From: Chrysomallon squamiferum
Lineage: Eukaryota; Animalia; Mollusca
Direction: 5' to 3'
Assembly: GCA_012295275.1 (NCBI GenBank)
Contig: CM022677.1
Location: 12,214,001-12,278,000 of the forward strand
Length of the DNA: 64,000 nucleotides
Shown here one piece after another: positions 26,491 through 38,056 of this stretch. The notes below the pieces were generated by a model. That model searched no databases, had not been told where the DNA came from, and saw only the letters and a list, made by a program, of their open reading frames with translations. Positions within the stretch are counted from its first letter, which is position 1, and each line of letters begins with the position of its first letter. The position numbers were made by a program, and so were the translations under genes.

Positions 26491-28256
26491 ACAATCTAAC
26501 TAAAAACTACGCTAAATAACGGAGACTCACGAAATTTGCCGAGGACTGCCGGACAATACAAACCCATTTACAGGGCGAGGCAATTTTGGTAAAGGTTTTC
26601 TTTACTGATGAAGAAGAAATCAAATAATTCTGAAGACATTATTTTAAAACGCAATTAGGAAATTCCATCATGAAATAAATAAAAAAATGAAAAACTATAA
26701 CAATAATATAATTTAAAAAATAAATATATGATTAAATGAAACAAAATAAACTGACAAATAAACACAATAAAATAAAGTAAGGAAAATGAGGAAAAAAGAC
26801 AAATTACAAAATAAGCTGATTATTAAAATAGATTTTTACATTTCTCTATGTATCTGATTGTATGATCTGTTAATCTAATATCTCTGTGTGTGTGTGTGTG
26901 TGTGTGTGAGTGTGTGTGTGTGTCTGTGTGTGTGTGTGCTCGTGCTCTCAACATGACTATAACCACTGCTTATCAGATTTGTCGGATCAGTCACATCTGC
27001 CTGCCTACCTGTCTTATTATTTTTATTTTATATTTATCTACATATCCACAAATATCAATTTAATGTAAACTCTAGTAATTTATCAGCCGCCTTCATACCT
27101 ACCACTCTAAATACCAACGTACCAATATTCCCTTACAAACATACAATCGGCTATGAATTGCAAATCTGTCTATATATCTATCTAAATAATCTCTCCCTGT
27201 CAGTCTGTCTGTCTGTAGGTATTCTAAAGCGCTCCATCTTTTAGTCTGCCCCACTGTTTTAACTTATTTCTACTGGTGCTTGTATCTTTATCGTTATGTT
27301 TATTTCACGAATGTTACAAAAATAATAAGAAGTATCTTTGATTATGTTTCTGCAAGTGTGTATCAGTTATAAATAATTATAAAAGAATGAAGTTATGAAT
27401 TTTCAAAGATACATATATATATATATATATATATTAATATCAAATTAATGATTTTGCCTATTTTATATGTAAATAAATATTAGCAGAGTTTGGAAGACAC
27501 AGTTGACATATTACGAAACGAACCTATAAAACGTTTTCTTCAAAATGGCAATATTAAAAAATCCAAAACTTTGGAACAATTTGACTGACAATTTCGAATA
27601 TTTTGTTTCTGAAATCAGGATAGAAAGTTAGTATAACTTTACTCAATCTTGTATTTCCTAAACTGAAAATCACTTTTGAGTACCTAACAACTACTCCAAC
27701 AACAAAAAGCATCAAGAACAATAATATAGACAAAGAAAAAATAACTCTGATAATAACAATAATTGAAATATAAATGTAAGTTTTAAAAGCTATGACACAA
27801 TAAAACCGCAAAAACATAAAAATAAATAAAGAAAGAAAATAATAAATTTCATATGAAATCACATCGCATATAAACCTTAAATATGTGTGTGTGCGTTTGA
27901 TAATATATTTTAATTTATTTTGAATGCTTTTTTAAAATCACCATCCACAAACAATTTAAACCCTGTACACACGTCATTTTAGACGCGAAACTCACATTAT
28001 GTAATAAATTCATGCAAAGTTCCAAGCTATATGTTCATTATGTGAACATTAGCCCTGGTTGTGAAATCCTTGTGCAAAGATTAACGTTAGTGAAACAAAC
28101 AGATAAAATGTATAAGTGAAAAAAAAAATGTACTGCCATTAAAAAATAAAATAAAAATAGAAATAGTTCTAACAACAGAAATAAAATTAATAGATATTTT
28201 TGGATTATATATAATTTTGTTTTCTCCTACAATGTTATTGCAGTTATCAATACGAA

Positions 28257-29051
28257 ATGGGAAAAGTAAGAGCGTCCAAGAAACGGAAAGCACAGGATGA
28301 TGAGTGCCCTGAAAAGCCTCCAAAAGGGCGAAAGATTTCCGAACGTGACCCTGGAGAAACATCACGTAGAGGACCAGGGACATCAACATCTAGGAAACGG
28401 AAAGCACAGGATGATGGGTGCCCGAAGAAGCCTCCAAATGGGCGAAAGATTTCCGAACGTGACCCTGGAGAAACATCACGTAGAGGACCAGGGGCATCAA
28501 CATCTAGGAAACGGAAAGCACAGGATGATGGGTGTCCAGAGAAGCCTCCAAAAGGGCGAAAGATTTCCGAACGTGACCATGGAGAAACAGCATGTGAAGA
28601 AAGACCAGGGATGTCAACATCACCATCACCCAGCACTGCTGAATCAACACAACAGCCTGAATCAGATAAGTCACCTACTTGTTCTTTGTGTTCAGAAGAA
28701 TTTTTAGATAAGTGTCATGCAGACTCGTGTTTACATGAATTTTGTTTCAGCTGTTTGGAGAGGTGGTCTAGAAGCAGAAGAAATTGTCCAGTTTGCTCTG
28801 CAAGATTCACCGCCATCGTGTACAACTTAAGAGATGGAAACTGCGAGATGTACACATTGCCACCTCTCAGAGTCAAAAGAGTCAGAAGAGTCAGACGACA
28901 TTCTGCAGCTGGATTCATCAGACGTATATTTGCGTATATCGGTCGTATATTTACGTATTTTAGTCGTATATTTAGTTCTCTGTTGTGGAAAATCTTATTT
29001 GTTCTAATTGAATTTTGTCTTCTGATAGGTCGTTTACTAGGATTTGTGTAA
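28257..29051 (+). CDS. RING-HC (C3HC4) E3 ubiquitin ligase-like protein with a TOPORS/ICP0-type RING, N-terminal basic repeats and a C-terminal hydrophobic tail
   Basis: Intact 264-aa ORF in a GC-richer island. CSLC...SCLHEFCFSCLERWSRSRRNCPVCSARFTAIVYNLR has all 8 zinc ligands and the conserved W. A splice acceptor TTATTGCAG ends at 28243, just upstream of the ATG. Confidence 0.88.
   Translation: MGKVRASKKRKAQDDECPEKPPKGRKISERDPGETSRRGPGTSTSRKRKAQDDGCPKKPPNGRKISERDPGETSRRGPGASTSRKRKAQDDGCPEKPPKGRKISERDHGETACEERPGMSTSPSPSTAESTQQPESDKSPTCSLCSEEFLDKCHADSCLHEFCFSCLERWSRSRRNCPVCSARFTAIVYNLRDGNCEMYTLPPLRVKRVRRVRRHSAAGFIRRIFAYIGRIFTYFSRIFSSLLWKILFVLIEFCLLIGRLLGFV
28278..28600 (+). repeat. 114 bp (38 aa) coding tandem repeat, ~2.8 copies
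   Basis: Units start at ~28278, 28392 and 28506 and encode RKRKAQDDGCPxKPPxGRKISERDPGETSRRGPGxSTS. Confidence 0.95.
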
Positions 29052-29691
29052 TATTAGAAACCTTACAACGTTACTGTAGGTGTATTGCTTTAACTTCAGC
29101 TGGCATCCTTCTGTCATTTTTTTATTTTATGATGATGATAGTAACAGTAATAGATACAGACATTTATTTGTAAAATATTTATTTGAAGTTGGTAATATCT
29201 GCAGTGATAATAACATTCTGTCCCTTTTGCCCCAGCATATCAGTGCTATAGGAGATTGTGTTGATGATGTTGACGTGAAGCTGGTTATGCTCTTTGCAGC
29301 TCCATAACCCTTGAGAGGTGGGCTCAGGTTTGTATTGTTTTTTAATTAATAAGTACTAACATGCAACCAAAATACTAACAATTAACATGAATACTAACCA
29401 TTAACCAGGTAGTAAACTTTATATAGAGACACACACATACATCCATACAGACACATACGAATATCCATACAGACAGAACACACACAGACCTACACTAACA
29501 TATATACAAACATATATACACTCACACACAAACATACTAACATTTAACAAATACTAACCTTAACCAATTAGTTACAATTACTAATAATTACCACATACTT
29601 ATCTGAATACGTGTATAAACACAAACACACACACACATCAACACACACACACATTCACATACGCACATATTATTTTACAATTAAAACAAAT

Positions 29692-30040
29692 TCTAACCAT
29701 TAACCAAATACTAAAATTTAACAAATACTAACCATTAACAAAATAGTAACCATTAACCAAATACTAATGTTTAACAATACTAACCATTAAGAAAATATTA
29801 ACAATTAACCAAATACTAACATTTAACAAATACTAACCATTAACCAAATACTAACCATTAACCAAATACTAATATTTAACAAATACTAACTATTAACAAA
29901 ATACTAACCATTAACCAAATACTAATTTTTAACAAATACTAACCATTAAGCAAATACTAACATTTAACAAATAGTAACTATTAACAAAATACTAACCATT
30001 AACCAAATACTAACATTTAACAAATACTAACCATTACTAA
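29692..30040. repeat. 18 bp minisatellite TACTAACCATTAACCAAA, ~19 copies
   Basis: Directly visible; degenerate copies extend back to ~29355. Confidence 0.92.
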
Positions 30041-31528
30041 CATCCCCTACGTGTACTGAACCTCACCGTGGTGTGTGTGGCAACATTTCCAAAGGGAATG
30101 GCTAATTAGTACATTAATATAATAACATTTAATTGGTTAGATAGACAGATAGATAGATAGATGATGATAAATAGATATACGCACAGACAGACAGAGATAG
30201 TTACTGAAGATACATGAACAGATGGATACATATGGTATTGCTAATTTTGAATACAGTGCTATTACTTTGAAAGCTCTTTCTATATACAGAAAGACAGACA
30301 GGCCAACAGAGTAGAGACAGAAGTGTATGTACTTAAGAATAAGTTATGACAAATAAATATTTCACTCTGGCTTTCTTACTCTCTGTGTCACTTACCAGAT
30401 TACTCTAATTACATGGATTATTTCATTTTACCAGATATTAATTGATAATTAAGTATTACAGGTTATGTGATTAACACAAACTGTTACAGACATCTTTGTA
30501 TCTTATCATATGTGCATCGTATCAATAGATGACGACTATGCTTTCAGTGTAGATTTCCAGATTAATGTTCTCTTCATAAACAATACCAGAAATCATAGTC
30601 TTTAACTATTTATTGGTACTTCCAGTCATGCATCCCTCCTAACTCCATATATTGGTCATCATACCGTTTATAGATTAAGCCAACTTCCATCAATATATCC
30701 CTCAACCCATGGATACAGTGAGGAGCTTATTTGTTAAGAATGTGATAATGTCTGAAAAGTAATTGCTTGTATAATTGAAAACCTTTCTGTCCACCATTCC
30801 TTCCTTTTATCCATTTATTATTTTCCCAGTTCTTCTTTGCATCCATCCGTCCATCTAATACATCATCCATCCTTACTTTATTCCATGTTTCTATCTATCT
30901 ATCTCCCTATGAATATATTTTGTTTTATTTCATCATCAATTTCTCTGACTATTTCTAACATAGTTATTAGAAACAGACTTTAATGAAGAAATCAAATGAT
31001 TTATATAAGCTTATGTCTCATTCTCTGAAAAATCATACACACATGGCATACTTCTCTGTTTCATACACAGGTCACTACCTGTTCTCTCTGTAACACAGAA
31101 ACACATGAAATAACACCTACATATCTCACTATCTATTCATAATCCAATACACACATAAACATAAAGTTATTCACACACTGAGTTATATACCAATCCTCTA
31201 ACATAAATACACATACTCATGATTATGAACCCTATGTATCTGTGTATCTATTTATGATGTTATATATATATATATATATAGTTTATACTGGGTATGTGTT
31301 TGTGTGTGTGTCCACCCATCCATGTATATCTACCCTCTCTAACACACATATATATATATACACATAAATCTATTCACTCATGTATTTAATCTATTATCTC
31401 TCTATCAATCATCTGACTCTGTCAAAAATCCACAAAAAAGCACACTATCTTTGACACGCATTTATATACCCATTCTCTCTAACACATTTATATTTATACA
31501 CACACATACACATCAATTTATCTGTTAG

Positions 31529-31567
<39 letters not shown>

Positions 31568-32479
31568 TTGTCTACCTAACATGTCAATCTATCTCTGAAA
31601 CGATGTCTGACTATCCCGGTATCAGTCTATCTCACCTTCTCAGTTATACATACCACAAGTATATATTGAACAAACACACACACACGTACATATACACTCT
31701 CTCTATTTACATCCTTTTTAAATATTTAAATACATTTTTTTCTATCTATTTATCTATCTATAAATATATCTATTTATCTATCTATTTATGCCATATACAT
31801 AAGCAACAGAGTCAATCGTTCTGACAGCTGTGCAGTATAAACTCATGGCTCCTTACATCTATCTATCTTTCTATAATCTGTCTACCTTTCTTCTGTCTAT
31901 CAGTTTACCTGTCTGTTATCATCTACCATCTATCCACCTTTTTTACACACACACACACACACACACAAACACACACAGTTACTTATCCTTTTATATACGT
32001 ATACATACTAATCATCTTCTAAACATACAAATACATTATTATTCCTATACACGTGTGTGTATATGTATATATATGTATGTATGTATGTGTGTTTATCTAT
32101 ATAGATAAATCCATCTCTCCAACCAGCGTCATTTTATTTTATTTTATTTCAATTATTTAATTTATTTTCATTAATTAACTGATTTTTTAATTTTTTTTAT
32201 TATTATTATTTATTTTTTTGGCTGGCGATGTCGTAATAATATGTGAACAAAAAATAGTACGAGATGGTATATTACGTCAACGTTATAAAAAAAAAAAGAG
32301 AAAAAGAGAACAAAAGAATAAGTAAAGAAATGTTGCCACCTTTTCAGCAATTACTCTACAGTATTAGCCATCTATGTATAAGAGGCATTGGTTATATGAC
32401 ATACTTCTCCAAATTACTTTTAATGATTCATGTAGAATTATTGCATTATAAAGGACAACAGCTTTAAAAGTTTGTAAAC

Positions 32480-32560
32480 ACTGATCGGCGTCCGATACAG
32501 CCATATTGGATTTTGATCGGAAGTTTCCGTGAGTTCTCGGAAGTTTTTAAACTTCAAAAT
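32480..32560. promoter_or_regulatory. YY1/ETS housekeeping-promoter-like cluster
   Basis: GCCATATTGG (32500, YY1-like) followed by two CGGAAGT (32518, 32538) in a CpG-enriched patch. Confidence 0.35.
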
Positions 32561-33104
32561 TCAATTATTTTACGTCTACTTTCTGAACTTTTTATGATTT
32601 ACACAGATAAAGAATAAACCGGCGCCTTTCCTAACTACTTTTTCAATTAAAATAAATGAAATAAATAAATAAAGTAAATAAATAAAATTAAATGAAAAAC
32701 AATAAATGAAATAGCAATTTTACAATAATTCATTAAAAAATAATATCATGTTAAATAAACAAAAAATACAGGAAACTGGTTTGTTAAAAGACAAAGAAAA
32801 TGCAGGGAATGTTAATAAGCTGGTTCTGTCTGCTACAAAACATTATACAGAATTGATTATTTTCATCTAAAAGCAACAAATCTAATTTACCGTCACCTCG
32901 TATATGCGAGGAGTAATCTATTTCAGAAGTTCGTGGTCTAAGAGAAACAACTCTATTTAACACGCACGTTGGTAAATATACAAAAAAGAACGAGTGTTGA
33001 GTAAAATTTAAAAAAAAACAAAAGAAAAAGAGAATTCAAGTCGCCTGAATATAGATCATTTACTGAATTTACTAAATTCACTAACATTATTTTATTAAAA
33101 ACTA

Positions 33105-33360
33105 GTAGAATAAGTTGGGGTGATTCTGGCCCCCGAGGTATATTATGACTTGCAGCCGCTATACTCCATTATGAGATTTCAAAACATAAGGTTAGTGATA
33201 AGTTATAACAGGTAAACAGATAATCAGTTATTAAGTTCAGCAGAAGAAACTTGATTAATATGTGATAATTAGGCAAGAAATATGCGTTTTATTTTACTCC
33301 ACCACTTGGGGCAATACTGGCCCCTATGGATGGGGTAAATTTGGCCCCCATATTTGGTGG
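33105..33360. mobile_element. Possible non-autonomous DNA transposon (MITE) end fragment
   Basis: Three copies of the quasi-palindrome GGGG-N7-GGCCCC (33117, 33308, 33332), resembling subterminal binding-site repeats. No partner end or TSD is seen. Confidence 0.3.
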
Positions 33361-34319
33361 TGAAATCAATAGTTTTGGCATTGAAAAATATCTTAAATTT
33401 AGTAGAGACAAGTTATCGAGAAATAAGTAGAGACAGACAAATATAGAAAGGCTGATACATGGGATAGACAGATGTAGTTAGACAAGAGACACTATAAGAG
33501 ATACAGGAAGAGAGACAGATAGAAAGGTAGAGGGACAGATGTGATCTAGGTAAAAGGTAGAGAGAGGTAGAGCCAAATGATAGAGAAGATAACAGGTAGG
33601 AAAGCTGAGACATGGGACAGACATAGAGAGACAGAAACACATAATCAAGATATAACTAAAGAGATAGATAGAGAAAGTCATGGGATAGAGATATAGGTGT
33701 AGAGAGTGATATAGACAAGTGGCAGAGATATAGGTGGAGGGACAGAAAAAAGTGAAGATATATAGAGAGTGATATAGACAAGTGATAGAGATATAGCGAA
33801 AGGGGAAAGTGACGGAGATAGGTGGAGAGACACAGACAGATAATTGACATTTAGGCAGAGAGTGATTTGGGATACTGGTTCGTGTAGAGAGACAGATAAA
33901 TGATACATTTATAAGAAGAGAGACATAGAAGTGATAAAGGCAGAGAGAGAAACAAGTGATAGAGAGATATTCACTATACAGATGAATTGATGATGAATGA
34001 TAAAGAGACAGGTTGATAGATAGACAGATTGGTGGACAGTCAGATAGTGAAAAACATGGTTACATGGACTGTAGATGTTATAATAAGGCTGACTGGTTAG
34101 ATTAACATACAGAAAAACAGAGTGAACAGGCAGACAAACACGCAGATAGCGAGAGAAAGATTAATGAACAGAATAACAGATTCGGACAGTTAGAGACACA
34201 GATTAGAGTGACAAATATGTTCAAATACTGAACAGTTTAAAGAGAGTTTCAGAGAGAGAAAGAGAGATGGATAGAAACAAACACATAGATAGCTAGATTG
34301 ATTATATATGGACAGATAG

Positions 34320-34519
34320 NNNNNNNNNNNNNNNNNNNNNNNNNNNNNNNNNNNNNNNNNNNNNNNNNNNNNNNNNNNNNNNNNNNNNNNNNNNNNNNNN
34401 NNNNNNNNNNNNNNNNNNNNNNNNNNNNNNNNNNNNNNNNNNNNNNNNNNNNNNNNNNNNNNNNNNNNNNNNNNNNNNNNNNNNNNNNNNNNNNNNNNNN
34501 NNNNNNNNNNNNNNNNNNN
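34320..34519. other. Assembly gap (200 N)
   Basis: Run of exactly 200 N, consistent with a fixed-length scaffolding gap of unknown true size. Confidence 0.99.
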
Positions 34520-34580
34520 TTAGATTTTATATAAACTTCCGGAAAATAAAACCCACACAGTTATTTTTGTTTGAAATTAA

Positions 34581-34627
<47 letters not shown>

Positions 34628-34828
34628 TAATAATAAATGAATAAATAAATATAAAATAAAAATAATAAGAAAGTTAAGATTTTATTCGAATTCATTTCGT
34701 AATTGCTCTTCTTATAGAAGAATAATTATTTATAATGATAATATTTTAATAGTACTAACTAAATATACAGTTAACTGCTATTACTGGTTATAATAAATTT
34801 AAAAGAATAAATCACTTTGGCCTAATAA

Positions 34829-34863
<35 letters not shown>

Positions 34864-35167
34864 ACCTACTAGTATTGGCATTCGCATGTCAACTGACGTA
34901 AAACCGTTGGATGTTTTATTTATACCCGAATTTAAATCCGCTGACGTAAATCTTCATAGATTGCGCATGTGCATGGGAGATATTATTACACTAGTAACTT
35001 TCATTTTTCAAAGAATATGATTATAGTTTATTCATTTATTAATTTAATTAACATTTTTAAAATAGTTATTTACATCCATCAAAATATGTATTTTATTTAA
35101 ATAATTGTTTTTTCACTGTTAAATGAAAAAATAAAAATAAAATGAAAATGAAATAAAATATATTTAC

Positions 35168-35219
<52 letters not shown>

Positions 35220-38005
35220 GTGGTGATTTTAAATCCACTTATAAGATAACAAAACAAAACCGTAACACATTTCCAAACTGGGATGTAGGATTACTATATT
35301 TACTTCTCCAGCTTTACTGTAAACAAAAAGAAACAAATGTTTAGTAAACTTCCATTGTTTGTAAAACTGAAAATTATTTACATAAACATGATTAGAATCT
35401 AACATCATGGCCCTAGTTTCCTAAATAAATGTCTGTTTTGGAATAAAAATAAATAAATAAACCCTTTTTATCGTTCAAAACGTTTTGTTATACAACGTTA
35501 TAAATAAAAAATATCTTTTGTCATTCATCGTTCATAATAATAAAATTACATGTCTTCGTTTGAATTAAGAATGATACCGAACAAATTTTATAACACCGAA
35601 ACATTCCATAAATAAATAATTTATAAAAAATAAAACTGACAATGTAAAACTTTGTAAACACTCTACATTTCTCACTATTCAGGTTCTCTGTAGTAAAATT
35701 TCTATCAAAATATCAAAAATTTTTAAAATATCCCCATTTTCTGACGCCTTGAAACATTTTTTCTGTTTTTTTTTACATTTTAAAAAAGCAGCTGTATCAT
35801 AATAATAATTTATATTTCTCAATTTTTAAAGAAAAATAATATCCCCTCCTCTATCTCTGAATTAGTAATAAAATATTACGTAACTGCCACATACACTTTG
35901 CTGGTGCTGTTAGGCATCATTATCACGAATAAACAAACACACGTAGCTCTGCTGCTAGCAACTGAAAGATAAACCGTTTTGCTTTGTTAAATAATCGGCA
36001 GAAAATTTTGTGAGAAGGTTATAAAGTAAGCAGACGTACTTCTAATACACATTTTACTAATCTCAGTTTTATCTTATAAAGTCTATTCCTCATCAGCATA
36101 TATTATTATTATCTTTTTTGACGTTGCCGTCATTGCAGTCGTGCAGGGGTTGTTCCTAATGTTTTAGGTGTACATACCATTATTCTTTTGCTTTTTATTA
36201 ACTATTATTCATAATTCTTTAGCGATCAAATCCTTTAGAAAAATGTATTATTTCTATTTGTATTAATATCACCATCGTTGCCGTCGTAACGGCGTTGTTG
36301 CTAGCTTTCTTGGAGTACTTCTCATTATTCTTTAGCGCTTTTTATTAATTATTCCTCATACTTTCTGAGCTGGCGTATCACCTTCTAAAATATATTACTG
36401 TAATTTCTATTAATGTCGCAGTCGTTGCCGTCGTACCGGCATTGTTCCTAAGGTTATTTGACTACTTATTTTCTGAGCGTGCCTTGCTATATCAAAATAT
36501 ATTATTATTATATCTAATATACCTACTTGTCGCATTTTCTATCAATCCATAATTCTATTTTCGTTCATGTACCTCCTACCTAAACTCTCTCTCGCTCTCT
36601 GTTCCTCTGGCTATCTGTTTACGTTCCTCGTTGGCTTTCTATTTATCTTTTTATTTATAAATACTTCTATATTCTGTCAGTCTCTCTGTCTCTAAGTTTA
36701 TTTTTATCTGTACTAAACTCTCTCTTTCTCTTGTTTTTTTAATGTTCATTGTACGTCATATCATTAAATGATGCAGTGCTAAAGAAAAATAATAATAAGC
36801 TTATTTATGAAAATGAAAATTGATATCAATATTAGAATTTAAGACAGCCTATTTCAATTATTGAGCGTTCTGTCGTGTTTCTTCGTCTGTTTTTAGTTAC
36901 GCATAATATCATTAATAAACGAATAGTTGTTATCATACCGTCAGCTTTTGTAGCAGACGTAAACTCATGTGCGAGTTGAAAACAGGTCTCGATTACTTCA
37001 TTAGTTTTACACTATCAAAAACTCTACCATGAATTAAAAAAAAATTCTGAGACGAAGATGTTGTAAAAATGAAACTAACTTCATCCTTCAGCAACCATAA
37101 TATTATTTTAGATAATATGCGGCAATTTCGGTAAAAAATTATTTAAAAATGCAACAAAACATTTTCATTGTTTTGAGTTGCACTGATAGCTCCCCAAGTA
37201 GAATTAACTTTAGATATCAACGTGTAAGTAATTATCACGTTTTCCTGTAAAAAGCTTCTGATACCGACACCACTAGGGATACAAAGGATACATTTATTAT
37301 CGAGTGACATTTAATAAAAAAAAAAAAAAAAAAAAAAATTGTTAAGAATACATCAGCTTACTTCATCACGATCTCGCAAAAGTTTCTGCCAATAATTTGA
37401 AACATAATATCGGTAATTTTCTTTTATTTATTAGTAACAGAGAAAAAAGTGTATTTTATTAAGTTTATTCCACTAAGATATTGCCCGCATAATAACGTAA
37501 CAAAACAACGTAAGACAGTGTTGCTATATTGTATTACGTGCACTCAAAAAGGAATTTCTACACTATGTAAACATTTAGATTTGTTTGATAATTTTCCTTT
37601 TCTTATAGCTCACCGTTATGCAGATCTTTTTTATGGAACCTGAAAGCATAATTAAAAATATGGAGCAGTATTAATATTAACAAATTATCTTGAGAATTAT
37701 TAATGTAATTAATCAAATATTAAGTTACTTTCGTTGATTTTAAACTGTGCTTCTGATAATTTGAGAATAAATGACTAAACATGACTTTTCTAAAATGTTA
37801 TTTCGAGTTAGTTCTAGGTCAGAAATATGATTTACAGTGAATCCAGAAAATCGGAGAGCGTCGTGGGTACGACCTCCAGTTCCATATTTCTTATGTTTTA
37901 TCTTCAGCATCACTTATTGAAGAATAAATAAATGAAATAAAAACTCATAATATTTTATTATTCATTTGTTTGTTAGTTTGTTATAATCAATGTAAGTAAT
38001 TATTA

Positions 38006-38056
<51 letters not shown>

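Larger units (their letters stand above)
15867..26498 (+). repeat. Left arm of a ~10.5 kb inverted repeat
   Basis: Collinear reverse-complement match to 34520-45048. Examples: GATTAACCAACCAATCTTCAGAGAGAG (15867) vs ~45020-45048, and TTTCCGGAAGTTTATAT (26474) vs 34528-34544. The ORF track shows mirrored spurious ORFs (21112-21387 - vs 39119-39355 +; 21701-21925 - vs 38563-38922 +). Confidence 0.97.

Noticed and set aside
28247-28707. Overlapping ORFs 28247-28636 (-) and 28297-28707 (+)
   Set aside because: Shadow frames kept open by the 114-bp repeat of the RING gene.
29692-30040. Arthropod (TTAGG)n telomere array
   Set aside because: TAACC occurs only within an 18-bp unit, not as tandem pentamers.
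34298-34534. ORF across the gap
   Set aside because: Artefact of the N run.
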